The notes under the pieces are model-generated. The model searched no databases and was not told where the DNA came from. It saw only the letters and a program-made list of their open reading frames with translations. The translations under genes were made by a program, and so were the position numbers. Shown here one piece after another: positions 30,535-41,524 of a DNA stretch of 64,000 nt. Source of the DNA: Sedimentisphaerales bacterium (lineage in GTDB: Bacteria; Planctomycetota; Phycisphaerae; Sedimentisphaerales; Anaerobacaceae); contig OY970194.1 of assembly GCA_963708075.1 (NCBI GenBank), positions 1,280,001-1,344,000 on the forward strand, written 5' to 3'. Positions within the stretch are counted from its first letter, which is position 1; every line of letters starts with the position of its first letter.

Positions 30535-30738
30535 TCAGACAATCTGCACATCTTTGGCGAATTTCCTGAGCCACTGTCCGTCACAACCTACCCTGCTACA
30601 TGTGTACCACACAAACAGAGCCCGGCCTTCGGCCAGCCGGTCCGCTTCCGTCATGATTGCCCCGCACTCGGGGCAGCACTGTTCGCTATTCAACTGCCGG
30701 AGTTCACTCTCTGTTGCCCGCCGCTCCAGGGTGTTCAT
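30535..30738 (-). CDS. Small Cys-rich (zinc-finger-like) hypothetical protein
   Basis: AAGGAG RBS; CCPECG...WYTCSRVGC. Confidence 0.6.
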   Translation of the reverse strand: MNTLERRATESELRQLNSEQCCPECGAIMTEADRLAEGRALFVWYTCSRVGCDGQWLRKFAKDVQIV

Positions 30739-31211
30739 GTACTACTCCTTGTGTCACACGGGTCTGGACCCGCCACTGTGTGCCATGTGATGCCCCACCC
30801 GGTTTGTCGACCTGTTGCAAATCATATGAAGGTCAAGGTACATTAAACAGGCAAAGAGGAAAATAGGTAGAATGCTTAATCTTGTGGCAGGAAAAATCGC
30901 ACGTCCCCTGTTAGAACCTTATGGCGAGAGGGGCAAAGTCCCCGGCTTCACATTACCGGCTGCCCGGGGATATCCATATTAACTATCGGCCGGAGGAGGG
31001 CGTGACGGTGCCACTTTACAAACGTGTGCTCACTACACGACGTAGACCGTGATTCGCGCAAACGGTTTCTCCTCGAGCTGTTTCCCAACGCTTTAGGTGC
31101 TTTCCTTACGGAGAAGTTTTGCATCCTGACGGCGCAGCCGCGTAAAGAGAATAACAGGAGGGAGTATAGGCTTGATTCATCAGACACATGTGATAATGGG
31201 AAGGAGAAACG

Positions 31212-32264
31212 ATGAACGATCAGACTGTGAGGATTTTGGGCTCAGAGGCAGACGGCTTGCTCCGTCATGAGTGCCGGACCGTGTCGAAGGACAAGCTGCA
31301 CCTGCCCCGGCCGACTTTCATCGATGATGTCATGTCGGCCTCGGACAGATCACCTGCCGTCTTGCGAAATCTCCAGACGACGTTCAATCACGGCAGGCTC
31401 GGGGGGACGGGGTATCTGTCCATACTCCCGGTAGATCAAGGAATCGAGCATTCCGCCGGAGCGTCCTTTGCGCCTGCCCCTGAGTACTTTGACCCGGAGA
31501 ACATCGTCAAGCTCGCCGTCGAGGGCCAGTGCAATGCTGTCGCCTCCACCCTGGGCGTGCTGGGGGCTGTCAGCCGCAGGTACGCCCACAAGATCCCGTT
31601 CATTGTCAAGATCAACCACAACGAGCTGTTGAGCTATCCCAACACCTATGACCAGCGGCTCTTTGGCTCTGTGGACCAGGCGTTCGGGATGGGGGCCGTG
31701 GCCGCCGGCGCAACGATCTATTTCGGCTCCCCGGAGTCCAGGCGGCAGATCGAGGAAATCTCGGAGGCGTTCGAGCGTGCGCATGAGCTGGGCCTGTTCA
31801 CCGTGCTATGGGCATACCTGCGGAATGAGCACTTTGAGAAAGATGGCGTGAGCTATGAGACCTCCGCGGATCTGACCGGGCAGGCGAACCACCTGGCGGT
31901 GACCATCGAGGCCGATATCGTCAAGCAGAAGCAGCCGACCAATAACGGCGGGTACAAGGCTATCGGTTTTGGGAAGACGCATCGTGATGTGTACGAGAAA
32001 CTCACATCCGATCACCCCATCGACCTGACGCGCTACCAGGTGGTGAACTGCTACATGGGAAGGATTCCCCTGATCAACTCCGGCGGGCCCTCCGGCAAGG
32101 ACGATTTGCAGCAGGCCGTCAAGACAGCCGTGATTAACAAGCGGGCGGGCGGCACGGGCCTGATCACGGGCCGTAAAGCCTTTCAACGGCCGATGGCGGA
32201 AGGTGTGCGGTTGCTCAACGCCGTCCAGGACGTGTACTTGGACAAGGAAATCACGGTGGCCTGA
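31212..32264 (+). CDS. fbaB: Class I fructose-bisphosphate aldolase (DhnA type)
   Basis: [38 protein letters not shown]. Confidence 0.95.
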   Translation: MNDQTVRILGSEADGLLRHECRTVSKDKLHLPRPTFIDDVMSASDRSPAVLRNLQTTFNHGRLGGTGYLSILPVDQGIEHSAGASFAPAPEYFDPENIVKLAVEGQCNAVASTLGVLGAVSRRYAHKIPFIVKINHNELLSYPNTYDQRLFGSVDQAFGMGAVAAGATIYFGSPESRRQIEEISEAFERAHELGLFTVLWAYLRNEHFEKDGVSYETSADLTGQANHLAVTIEADIVKQKQPTNNGGYKAIGFGKTHRDVYEKLTSDHPIDLTRYQVVNCYMGRIPLINSGGPSGKDDLQQAVKTAVINKRAGGTGLITGRKAFQRPMAEGVRLLNAVQDVYLDKEITVA

Positions 32265-32346
32265 GTTTCAAGCCCCAGCCTGTCAAGGTGTTCTCCACGT
32301 TGTTGTGCATTCAAAACTTCACCTTGACAGGGGTGATTTCAAGTCC

Positions 32347-33477
32347 CTATGTTTCCTCAAGATCGATCTTGAGGTCCAGGAACTTCAGCATGTCCTTGAG
32401 AGTGATGACCCCGACCAGACGGTCTCCGTCGACCACCATGAGCCTGCTGCGGCCGGTCCTGTTCATCAGGGACAGTGCCCTCATGGCGTCAGTGTCGGGA
32501 GAGATCGTGGTGTCGATCGAACATGGAACGAGCACGTCCTGCACGTGCAGCGTATTCCATTGCTCCCTCGGTATGTTCTTCACCTCGTTGGAAGTGATGC
32601 AGCCGGTGAGGGTGCCTTCTGCTGAAACAGGGAACATCTTGTAATGGTACTTATAGAAGTAGTCATCCACCAACTCGCGAATGGAGGTTGAGGGCGGCAC
32701 GGTGACAGGGTCCGGCTGCATGAAATGGGCAATGGTTTCGCCGCTGAGGGCATTGCGGACGAGGACCTGGCGGTAGGATGTCAGCGCAGCCCCCCGGATG
32801 AACATGCCGATCAGGAAGTACCAGATGCCTGTGATGAAGCCGCCGCTGATGAAGCTGAGCAGCCCGATGACGATGAGGAACATGCCAAATCCCGAGCCGA
32901 TGGCCGAGGCGACTCGTGTGGCCCAACGGATGTTGCCTTTGGCGAACCAGAGAATAGATCGCAGCACCCGGCCGCCATCGAGAGGGAAGGCGGGCAGCAT
33001 ATTGAAAGCGGCAAGTACGAGGTTGAGCCAGCCGAGATACACGAGCACGCCGTTGATCGGCTCAGGCCAGCCGATGACTCCTCCAACTCTGAAGATAAGC
33101 AGGAAGATAATACCCAATATGACGCTCGACACGGGGCCGGCAATCGCCATCAGCAGCTCCGTCTTGGCATTTTCCGGCTCCTCTTCCATTTCCGCCACGC
33201 CGCCGAAAATGAAGAGCGTGATCCCCTTCATCGGCAGGCCAAAGCGCCTTGCGACAATGGAATGCCAGAATTCGTGGAAGACAATGGATAGGAACAAGCC
33301 GATCGCTCCGGCAGCCCCCATCCACCAGTATGTCGCTGTGGAATAGTTGCCGAACCACACGGGGAACAGCCCTCGCGCCAGGGACCATGTGACCAGTACG
33401 GCGAGGAACAGCCATGTGAAGTCAATGCTGACGTCGAAGCCGAGGATGGTGAACAGATGGATCTTTTTGCCGAACAT
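32347..33477 (-). CDS. Site-2 protease (M50) with CBS domains
   Basis: HEFWH, FNMLPAFPLDGGR, C-terminal CBS pair. Confidence 0.93.
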   Translation of the reverse strand: MFGKKIHLFTILGFDVSIDFTWLFLAVLVTWSLARGLFPVWFGNYSTATYWWMGAAGAIGLFLSIVFHEFWHSIVARRFGLPMKGITLFIFGGVAEMEEEPENAKTELLMAIAGPVSSVILGIIFLLIFRVGGVIGWPEPINGVLVYLGWLNLVLAAFNMLPAFPLDGGRVLRSILWFAKGNIRWATRVASAIGSGFGMFLIVIGLLSFISGGFITGIWYFLIGMFIRGAALTSYRQVLVRNALSGETIAHFMQPDPVTVPPSTSIRELVDDYFYKYHYKMFPVSAEGTLTGCITSNEVKNIPREQWNTLHVQDVLVPCSIDTTISPDTDAMRALSLMNRTGRSRLMVVDGDRLVGVITLKDMLKFLDLKIDLEET

Positions 33478-33705
33478 GTGCGTTTCTCCTGAAATTCGCC
33501 GCAATACAGTACTTATAGGCCGGTGCGCCCCGTCCGGAACGTAGAGAAAGCCTCAGTTGGGAACGCGTAAATGCCTATATGTAGGCACGTGGGGATATGT
33601 GCGTTTTTTCCCGCTCGCAGCGATGCGGCAATCGTATTAGATGAGGATACGGATACCTTCGGGGGTCCGGCAGAATATGACAAGTGACTGATTGAGGGGT
33701 AACGC

Positions 33706-34035
33706 ATGTTTGAGACACTGGATAGGTTGATGTTGGCGAGCCTGGGCGCTCTGTCCATGACGCGCGAACGGGCGGAGAAGATGTTCGACGACTATGTCAG
33801 CCGGGGGCAGGCGGAACGGGACACCCGCGGTGGCTTTGTCAAGGAGGTGATGGACAGTGCCGAAAAGACCCGGCTGGAGCTTGAGAGGCTGGTATCCGAC
33901 CAGGTCCGCCAGACGATGAAGAGCCTCCAGGTGGCCACGCAGGAGGATATCCAGCGAATCGAGCGGGAGATGGCCACGAAGGCCGACACCCTGCGGATCG
34001 AATTGAAGCTGGATCAGCTTCTGGCGAAGGAGTAG
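33706..34035 (+). CDS. Phasin-family / PHA-granule-associated small protein
   Basis: LASLGALSMTRERAEK..LV..G and ATQEDI motifs; coupled to a UbiB kinase. Confidence 0.7.
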   Translation: MFETLDRLMLASLGALSMTRERAEKMFDDYVSRGQAERDTRGGFVKEVMDSAEKTRLELERLVSDQVRQTMKSLQVATQEDIQRIEREMATKADTLRIELKLDQLLAKE

Positions 34036-34041
34036 CGATCC

Positions 34042-35736
34042 TTGTGCGCGGTGCAGGCTCCCTTCAGGGGCCGCTTGGATCGTCTGCGGCGCTATCGGCG
34101 TATCCTGGCGGTGTTCACGAAGTACGGTCTTGAGGAAATGGCCGATGCGATGCGGTCCAGGGTCTTCATTCGCCTGGGGCAGAGGGCGGGCTCCCTGCGT
34201 GCCAGGTTTGCCGTGGAAGGCCGAAGCCGCCCGGAACGGGTGCGACAGGCCTTGCAGGAGCTTGGACCCACGTTCATCAAGTTCGGGCAACTGCTCAGCA
34301 CACGCCCCGATATCGTTTCCCCGGAGTATATCCGCGAACTGGAGCGTCTCCAGGACCAGGTGAACCCGGAGGACCCGCAGGAAATCCGTGCGGAAGTGGA
34401 AAAGCAGCTCGGAGGCAAGCTGGAGGACATCTTCAGCTATTTCGATCCCGAGCCGCTGGCCGCCGGCAGCATTGCCCAGGTCCATCTCGCCCGCACGAAG
34501 GAGGGACAGGAAGTGGCCGTCAAGGTCAGGCGGCCGGGCATCGTCGAGCTGATTCGGACGGACCGGCAGATCCTCGAAGAGCTTGCCGGCGTCATCAAAT
34601 CGATGTTCTTCGAGCGTGAGACCATCGACCCGCGGGAGATGGTGCGGGAACTCGGCGAAGCCATGTCCCGGGAAACCGATCTGACGAATGAGCGGCGGAA
34701 TCAACTACGCTTTCTCAAGTCGTTCGAGCATGACCCGAATATCCACATCCCCATAGTGTATGGGGACTATTGCAGCGACGGCGTGCTGACAACGGAGTAC
34801 GTCCAGGGGGTCAAGCCGGGAGATCCCGAGGACCTCGCTGAGAAAGGATTCGATGTCAAGCTGATCGCCAAGCGGGCGACGGACTTCGTCTTCGAGCAGA
34901 TTTTCGAGTTGGGCTTTTTTCACACGGACCCCCATCCGGGCAATTTCTTCGTGCTGCCGGGCAACGTGCTGGCCCCGATCGACTTCGGCCAGGTGGCGAC
35001 CCTGTCCTCGCGTGACAAGTGGCTCTTCGATCAAATCGTGCTGGCCGTGGTGGACAACGAGCCCAGGCGGATTGTCGATGCCTTTGAGCGTGAGAACATG
35101 ATGCAGGACCAGACCGACGTCGGCAAGCTCACCGTCGATGTTGAGCAGATTGTCGGGGCATACTGGAATCTGCCGCTGAAGGAGATTCCATTCCGGACGG
35201 TGGTCCTCAAGGTGTTCGACGTCTTTCGCACGCATTACGTCCGGCCGCCGTCCGGGTTTGTTCTGACACTCAAGAGCCTGATGACCATCGAGAGTTTCGC
35301 GCGGTCGATGGACCCGGACTTCAACATCATTGAGGCGCTGCGGCCATACGCCCGGCGCACCGCGCTTCGGACCCTGGAGCCCAAGCACGTATTTCACCAG
35401 TTGCGCAAAGCCCTTGAGGACGCCGGCGATCTTGCAGGAAGGGTCCCCAAGGACCTGAATACCATCCTTGCCAAGCTTCGACAGGGGAGATTCGAGCTTC
35501 GCGTTCATCACGAGCACCTGGAGGCTCTGACCAAGACCCTGGACAAGAGCTCCAACCGCATCAGTTTCGCATTGATCATCGCCGCACTGCTGGTGGCATC
35601 GAGCCTGCTGGTAGCGCAGGAGGGGACAGTCCTCGGCCTGTTTGACCTTCAATCGATGGGCATCTTCGGCTATATTATAGCCGCCATTATCGGCGCGTGG
35701 CTGCTGATATCCATCATCCGCAGCGGCAAGCTGTGA
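34042..35736 (+). CDS. AarF/UbiB (ABC1) family kinase
   Basis: LGPTFIKFGQLLSTRPD, AAGSIAQVH, VKVRRP, FHTDPHPGN, IDFG, two C-terminal TMs. Confidence 0.93.
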   Translation: MCAVQAPFRGRLDRLRRYRRILAVFTKYGLEEMADAMRSRVFIRLGQRAGSLRARFAVEGRSRPERVRQALQELGPTFIKFGQLLSTRPDIVSPEYIRELERLQDQVNPEDPQEIRAEVEKQLGGKLEDIFSYFDPEPLAAGSIAQVHLARTKEGQEVAVKVRRPGIVELIRTDRQILEELAGVIKSMFFERETIDPREMVRELGEAMSRETDLTNERRNQLRFLKSFEHDPNIHIPIVYGDYCSDGVLTTEYVQGVKPGDPEDLAEKGFDVKLIAKRATDFVFEQIFELGFFHTDPHPGNFFVLPGNVLAPIDFGQVATLSSRDKWLFDQIVLAVVDNEPRRIVDAFERENMMQDQTDVGKLTVDVEQIVGAYWNLPLKEIPFRTVVLKVFDVFRTHYVRPPSGFVLTLKSLMTIESFARSMDPDFNIIEALRPYARRTALRTLEPKHVFHQLRKALEDAGDLAGRVPKDLNTILAKLRQGRFELRVHHEHLEALTKTLDKSSNRISFALIIAALLVASSLLVAQEGTVLGLFDLQSMGIFGYIIAAIIGAWLLISIIRSGKL

Positions 35737-35768
35737 CCATCATCGAGAACTGGTGAAAGGCGGCGACT

Positions 35769-37199
35769 ATGCGAGTGACTGGTAGGATGGGCTTTAGCCC
35801 ATGCGGTTGTTTGGCGATTGCGGCGGTTCTTCTGACGGTCTATGGCTCCTCAAAAGCCCAGGATAGTCAGCGGATGGGGCCCCTGGCGGTACATCCGCAG
35901 AACCTTCGCTATTTTCAGAATACGGCCACGAAAGAGGCCGTTTATCTTACCGGCTCGCATACTTGGGCGAACCTGGTGGATATCGGCCCGTCGGACCCGC
36001 CGCCGCAGTTCGACTTCGACAAGTACATCGATTGGATGGCGAAGCTCAACCACAACTTCATGCGGATGTGGACCTGGGAGCTTGTCTCGTGGGACACCAA
36101 GGCCAATGGGGAGGGCAAACACCATACGTCTGCCCCGCAGCCCTACGCTCGGACCGGGCCGGGAAATGCCCTCGATGGCAAGCCCCAATTCGACCTGCTG
36201 CAATACGATCCAGTGTACTTCGAGCGACTTGCCAAACGTGTGGCAGCCGCCCGCGAGCATGGTATCTATGTCTCCGTGATGCTCTTCGAAGGCTGGGGCC
36301 TGCAATTCTCGCCCGGCGCCTGGGAGGGGCATCCTTTCAATCCCAAGAACAACATCAACGGCATCGACGGGGACACCAATCACGACGGCAAGGGCGTCGA
36401 GGTTCATGAGTTGGGTAATCAGACTGTCACGGACATCCAGCAGTTGTACGTGCGCAAGGTCGTCGATACGATCAACGGCTTCGACAACGTCCTGTACGAA
36501 ATCTCCAACGAGAACCACCCGCCCTCGACCCAATGGCAGTACCAGGTGATCCGATTCATCAAGGAATATGAGAAAACCAAGCCCAACCAGCATCCGGTTG
36601 GCATGACCTTCCAGTACCAGGGCGGGACGAACCAGGCCCTGTTCGACAGCCCGGCCGATTGGGTCTCGCCGAACCCGGACGGCGGCTACCGCGACGACCC
36701 GCCTGCGACCGATGGCCGCAAGGTCATTCTCAACGACACCGACCACCTCTGGGGCATCGGCGGTAGCCAGGGGTGGGTCTGGAAGGGTTTCACGCGCGGG
36801 TACAACGTGCTGTTCATGGACCCCTACGATGGCGAGGTCCTCGGCCAACCTCTTGACCCGAAGTGGGACCCCGTTCGTCGGAGCATGGGGTACACGCTGC
36901 AATACGCCCGCAAGATGGACTTGGCGCAGGCCCGTCCAACTCCGGAGGTCGCATCCACAAAGCACTGTCTCGCCAATCCCGGCAAGCAATACCTGGTGTA
37001 CAGGCCCGCAGGCCAAACCGGTCCGGTCACCGTAAAGCTGGAGCGCGGGACTTACAGGCATGAATGGTTCGATCCGGGCAGCGGCAAACAAGCTTCTGTC
37101 GGCACGACGACTGCTGCGGACGGCGATACCCAATTCCCATGTCCGTTCGAAGGTGACGCGGCGTTATTCCTGGCACGGGTGGGGGAAAGCGGTTACTGA
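35769..37199 (+). CDS. Secreted TIM-barrel glycoside-hydrolase-like protein (DUF6298-like) with C-terminal collagen-binding-like domain
   Basis: Signal peptide; LTGSHTW, YEISNE, NDTDHLWG, EWFDPGSG. Confidence 0.7.
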   Translation: MRVTGRMGFSPCGCLAIAAVLLTVYGSSKAQDSQRMGPLAVHPQNLRYFQNTATKEAVYLTGSHTWANLVDIGPSDPPPQFDFDKYIDWMAKLNHNFMRMWTWELVSWDTKANGEGKHHTSAPQPYARTGPGNALDGKPQFDLLQYDPVYFERLAKRVAAAREHGIYVSVMLFEGWGLQFSPGAWEGHPFNPKNNINGIDGDTNHDGKGVEVHELGNQTVTDIQQLYVRKVVDTINGFDNVLYEISNENHPPSTQWQYQVIRFIKEYEKTKPNQHPVGMTFQYQGGTNQALFDSPADWVSPNPDGGYRDDPPATDGRKVILNDTDHLWGIGGSQGWVWKGFTRGYNVLFMDPYDGEVLGQPLDPKWDPVRRSMGYTLQYARKMDLAQARPTPEVASTKHCLANPGKQYLVYRPAGQTGPVTVKLERGTYRHEWFDPGSGKQASVGTTTAADGDTQFPCPFEGDAALFLARVGESGY

Positions 37200-37308
37200 C
37201 TCGCCGCACAGAGTTCTCCGGTGACCCGGAAGCGTTTTTGACACTACGGGCGAGGCGAAGTAAGATATAGACACCATCTACTTCTAACGCTCTTGAAAGG
37301 GCAGTGGT

Positions 37309-40300
37309 ATGGATCGCACGCGAATCGCCGGACTGCTATGTGTTCTGACCCTCCTGATATCTGGACCCGCTCTCGCTCGCACCGTAACCGTAAAGGAAGT
37401 CATCGATGCGGCGGGCGCCAATCGCGGGATTTGTGTAGTGCTCGGCCAGCCCGGGTGCGATCTGGCTCTCGACTTGGCGAGACAGACTGAATTCCTGATC
37501 TACACGCAGCTTCCGGAGGCGAAGGATTTCGAATCGGCCTGCGGCAAGGCCGAAGAGGCAGGCTACTATGGAAGCCGGATCTTCCTCGCCAAAGGCGGGC
37601 AAAGACTGCACATGGCCGACAACATAGCCGACGTAGTCGTGGTGCTCGATGCCAAGGATTTCTCACAGGAGGAGACACTTCGAGTGCTTCGGCCCGACGG
37701 CAAGGCCATCCTCAGCGATCGAACCGTCGTCAAGCCGGTCCCTCAGGGCCTGGATGATTGGAGTCACCCATACCATGGGCCGGACAACAATCCGCAGTCG
37801 AACGACAAGGTTGTCGTCGCCCCCTATCTGACGCAGTTCTTCGCGGAGCCGCGGTACGCGCCGCTGCCCCAGGTGGCCGTGGCCTCCGCCGGTCGTGTGT
37901 TCAAGGCCTTCGGCCACGTCGCATTCAAAGTGCGCGAGGAGCCGTTCTTGAACAAGCTCGTCGCCTTCAACGGGTACAACGGCACGATCCTGTGGCAGCG
38001 GAACCTGGCTGAGGGCGTCATGATCCATCGAAATACGATGATTGCCACGCCCACAACGCTGTACGTCGGGGATGACAAATCATGCAAGCTGATCGATACA
38101 GCGACCGGCCTGCTGCAGGGTGAGATTGCCCCGCCGGCCGATGTGGCGGGCGGCACGTTCTGGAAGTGGATGGCCCTCGAAGGCAATGTCCTGTATGCGA
38201 TGATGGGTGAGCAGGAGCAGCGTGACTCGACGAAGAAATGGAAATCCGACCGGCACGGGTGGCCCTGGGATCCGATTTCCGAGGGCTGGAACCAGCCGGA
38301 GAACCCCTGGGGCTTCGGTCGAAACGTCCTGGCGATTGACCTCAAGACAAGGAATGTGCTCTGGAGCCATCGCGAGCAGGAGCCCATCGACGGCCGGGCC
38401 ATCTGCATGAAGAATGGACGGATCTACGTCTTTGCGTTCGGCAAGTACCTTGCATGCCTCGATGCGAAGACCGGCAATGATCTCTGGCGCATGACGCCGG
38501 GCAATGCCCCGAAGCTCTTTGCTTCGCTTGGCGAGTACCAGAATCGCCAGGACTGGCGGACGAACTGGCGCACCACCTGTTATCTCAAGTGCAGCGACAA
38601 AGCCTTGTATTTCGCCGGGCCGCCTATCGGCAAGCTTCTGGCGGTCTCCACACAGGACGGGAGGATCCTCTGGGAACATCCCTACGGCAACTTCCAGCTT
38701 GTCCTGCGGGATGACGGCCTGTACGGCATCAGCGGCCAAATCGATGAGGCCCCAAGCATGAAATTCGATCCGCTGACCGGCAAGGTGCTGGCGGAGATCA
38801 CCAAACCCCGCCGGGCCTGCACCCGCCCGACAGGCGCCGCCGATGCGATTTTCTTCCGGGCCGAAGATGGCTCGGTGCGATTGGACATGGCGTCGCTGCG
38901 GCCGCAGTGGATCTCGCCGATGCGTCCCGCGTGCCAGGAAGGCGTGACCGTCACTAACGGGCTCCTGTACTGGTGGCCATCCGTATGCGATTGCCAGTTG
39001 ACCCTGTATGGCGTCACGTGCCTGGGGCCCGCGGGGGATTTCGATTTCACGCCCGAGATCACGCAGGTCGACCGGTTGGAGAAGGCCGGCGGCTCAGCGG
39101 CGAACGTTGCCGGTTTGCCCATCTCGCCGGGCGACTGGCCCACCTTCCGGGCGAACAATGCCTGCAGTGCGGCCGTGCCTGCGGTGGTTGCTGTAAAACC
39201 GAAGCTGCTCTGGCAGTCCGCGCCTCTATCCTCGACAGTCCCCGGCCTGCCTCGCATGAGTCCGCCTGTCACTGCCGGCGGCCTCGTTTTCGTCGGCGGG
39301 ACGGACGGGATCGTTCACGCCTTCGACGCCGCCACGGGCAAGACCCGCTGGAAGGCCCGCACCGGCGGCGCCATCCGCATGCCGCCGACGATCTGGGAAG
39401 GGCGGGCCTTTGTGGGCTCGGGCGACGGTTGGCTGTATTCCTTTGAGGCGGCGACCGGTCGGCAGCTTTGGCGGTTCCGTGCCGCTCCGGCCGAACGCGT
39501 GATTCCCGTCTACGGCACGCTTATGTCCACGTGGCCCGTCGCCGGCGGGGTCCTGGTGGATAACGGCGTTCTCTACACGGCCGCCGGGATCGCCAACTAC
39601 GATGGCACGTACCTGTACGCCCTGGATGCGCGGACCGGTCAGGTGAAATGGCACAACGGCACCTCCGGCCACCTCGACACAGACGCCCGCACGGGCGTGA
39701 GCCTGCAGGGGCATCTGCTGCTGCACGGCGGAAAGCTCTACCTGGCGGGCGGCTCATCCATTTCGCCCGCTGCGTACGACGCGGCGACCGGGCGATGCCT
39801 GAACGACGGCAAGGACCTGGCCAATTGCCTCTCGCGAAGTCCCCGAGGTTGGGAGTTGTCCCTCCTGGCTGACCAAGTTGTCGCTTGTGGCAAGCCCTTC
39901 TATGGCCACCCGGCGTACGGCGTCTACGACAACTCGGTGTTCAACAGGGTGTTCATCGCTCCGATGGGCGATCAAACCGTGGCGTGGGCCGCCGATTTCA
40001 ACGTGCACAAGGTCATGGGATTCAAGAACTTCGACTGGCAAGGGCTCGCTGCCAAGGTGGCCAAGTCAGAGAACCGCTTTGTGGTTGACTGGGACAAGAT
40101 TGCTCCCTCGACCAAGCCTGCCTGGTCCGTGCAGTTTGAAAAGGCCCACGCGATGGCGGCTTGCAAGAATGTTGTTGTGTTGGCCACGGATACGGAACTG
40201 GTGGCCTTGAACCTGGCCGATGGGAGTGTGCAATGGAAACAGCCTTTGCCTCAGCCGCCGGTCGCGTGGGGACTCGCCGTCGATAATGCAGGCAGGGCGG

Positions 40301-40359
40301 TGGTGACTCTTGTGGACGGGAAAGTCGTTTGTTTTGGCCAGGGCCCGGGAGCAATTTAG
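37309..40359 (+). CDS. Large PQQ-like beta-propeller repeat protein with methyltransferase-like domain
   Basis: Signal peptide; RVLRPDG; repeated DAxTGxxxW blades; RRACTR, RPAC and CDC motifs. Confidence 0.85.
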   Translation: MDRTRIAGLLCVLTLLISGPALARTVTVKEVIDAAGANRGICVVLGQPGCDLALDLARQTEFLIYTQLPEAKDFESACGKAEEAGYYGSRIFLAKGGQRLHMADNIADVVVVLDAKDFSQEETLRVLRPDGKAILSDRTVVKPVPQGLDDWSHPYHGPDNNPQSNDKVVVAPYLTQFFAEPRYAPLPQVAVASAGRVFKAFGHVAFKVREEPFLNKLVAFNGYNGTILWQRNLAEGVMIHRNTMIATPTTLYVGDDKSCKLIDTATGLLQGEIAPPADVAGGTFWKWMALEGNVLYAMMGEQEQRDSTKKWKSDRHGWPWDPISEGWNQPENPWGFGRNVLAIDLKTRNVLWSHREQEPIDGRAICMKNGRIYVFAFGKYLACLDAKTGNDLWRMTPGNAPKLFASLGEYQNRQDWRTNWRTTCYLKCSDKALYFAGPPIGKLLAVSTQDGRILWEHPYGNFQLVLRDDGLYGISGQIDEAPSMKFDPLTGKVLAEITKPRRACTRPTGAADAIFFRAEDGSVRLDMASLRPQWISPMRPACQEGVTVTNGLLYWWPSVCDCQLTLYGVTCLGPAGDFDFTPEITQVDRLEKAGGSAANVAGLPISPGDWPTFRANNACSAAVPAVVAVKPKLLWQSAPLSSTVPGLPRMSPPVTAGGLVFVGGTDGIVHAFDAATGKTRWKARTGGAIRMPPTIWEGRAFVGSGDGWLYSFEAATGRQLWRFRAAPAERVIPVYGTLMSTWPVAGGVLVDNGVLYTAAGIANYDGTYLYALDARTGQVKWHNGTSGHLDTDARTGVSLQGHLLLHGGKLYLAGGSSISPAAYDAATGRCLNDGKDLANCLSRSPRGWELSLLADQVVACGKPFYGHPAYGVYDNSVFNRVFIAPMGDQTVAWAADFNVHKVMGFKNFDWQGLAAKVAKSENRFVVDWDKIAPSTKPAWSVQFEKAHAMAACKNVVVLATDTELVALNLADGSVQWKQPLPQPPVAWGLAVDNAGRAVVTLVDGKVVCFGQGPGAI

Positions 40360-40363
40360 CGCA

Positions 40364-41524
40364 ATGAGACTGCATCTGCCTTTTGTGATTGTCTTGGGCT
40401 GCCTGGCGCTCCATGTGCAGCCTGCCTATGGTTGCCGATACAATGTCCGTGAGGTCGGCTTCATCGACGTGGGTGTGGAGGCGTACCGTCTTTTTGTGTA
40501 CCTGCCGCAGGACGTTTCGCCGGATGAGACGACACGTCTGAAAGAGACGGTCGATGTCGCCCTGATTGACAGCAACATCCGATTTGAGCCGGTCGTGGTC
40601 GGCGCGGACGTGAACCATCCAGCCATGGAATTCGTTGTCACTCACGCGATCACGAGTTTTCCAGCCGCCGTCCTGGTTTCGCCGGATGGCCAGTCGCGGC
40701 CGCTGAACCTGGCGGTGGCCGGCGGTTCTCTCGGGCAGGCGGTTTCCTCCGCTCTGGACTACGTGCTGCATTCGCCGATACGCCAGGAGATTCTTGAGAA
40801 AGCGGCTGAGTGCTACGGTGTCGTGTTATTGATCGAAGGGCCGGAGCCGCAGAGCAACTCGAAGGCGCGTGAGGTTGTGTCAACAGCAATCGGCCGCATA
40901 CGCGAGCAGTTGGATCTCCTGCCCAAGCCCATCGCCCGGCCGCCGGAGATTGTCACACTCGATCACCAATCGCTGGATCGCGAGCGGGTGTTGCTGTGGA
41001 GCCTCAGCCTCAAGCCGCAGGACATCAATGAGCCGTGTGCGGCGGTTCTCTACGGCCGGGGACGGTGGATCGGGCCATTGTTCAAGGGTGGCAGACTCAC
41101 CGCCGACCCTTTGACCGAGATGCTTCTTGTCATCGGGTCCGACTGCGAGTGCGGCCTGGACCACCGGTTTCTGCAGGGCACGATGCTGCCCGTCCGCTGG
41201 GATGAAGGACTCCGGGAGAAAATGGTGAAAAGCCTCGGCTTCGATCCCGAGGACCCGATGGTGAAGATGGAGATGGTTTCCATCGTGCGCCGCGGCATGG
41301 GCGGATTCGACGGCATGGACATGCCGCTCGGCTATCGCGAGATACAAGTCGGCGGTGACGCCTCTGACGACGAGATTCCAGAAGAATCGCCCGCTTCTAC
41401 TCCGAATTCCGCACTCCGCACTCCGCACTCGGAGTTCAACATTCTCGCCGTCTCCCTCGGCGGCATGGCCGCGCTCGTTGGTCTGGCATCTGTGGTGATT
41501 GTCTTGAGGGCCAGAAGAACATGA
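40364..41524 (+). CDS. Hypothetical exported protein with C-terminal TM anchor
   Basis: Signal peptide, CRYNVR, YGRGR, DCECG, C-terminal hydrophobic helix plus RARR. Confidence 0.75.
   Translation: MRLHLPFVIVLGCLALHVQPAYGCRYNVREVGFIDVGVEAYRLFVYLPQDVSPDETTRLKETVDVALIDSNIRFEPVVVGADVNHPAMEFVVTHAITSFPAAVLVSPDGQSRPLNLAVAGGSLGQAVSSALDYVLHSPIRQEILEKAAECYGVVLLIEGPEPQSNSKAREVVSTAIGRIREQLDLLPKPIARPPEIVTLDHQSLDRERVLLWSLSLKPQDINEPCAAVLYGRGRWIGPLFKGGRLTADPLTEMLLVIGSDCECGLDHRFLQGTMLPVRWDEGLREKMVKSLGFDPEDPMVKMEMVSIVRRGMGGFDGMDMPLGYREIQVGGDASDDEIPEESPASTPNSALRTPHSEFNILAVSLGGMAALVGLASVVIVLRARRT
41401..41428 (+). repeat. Heptamer tract TCCG(A/C)A(T/C) x4 inside a coding linker
   Basis: TCCGAAT TCCGCAC TCCGCAC TCCGCAC. 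Confidence 0.75.

Noticed and set aside
30885..30900. Sigma-54 promoter TGGCAG...TCGC upstream of fbaB
   Set aside because: GG-to-GC spacing is one base too long for the -24/-12 consensus.
33706..35736. PHA biosynthesis locus
   Set aside because: Only the common phasin-like + UbiB pair is present; no PHA synthase in the window.
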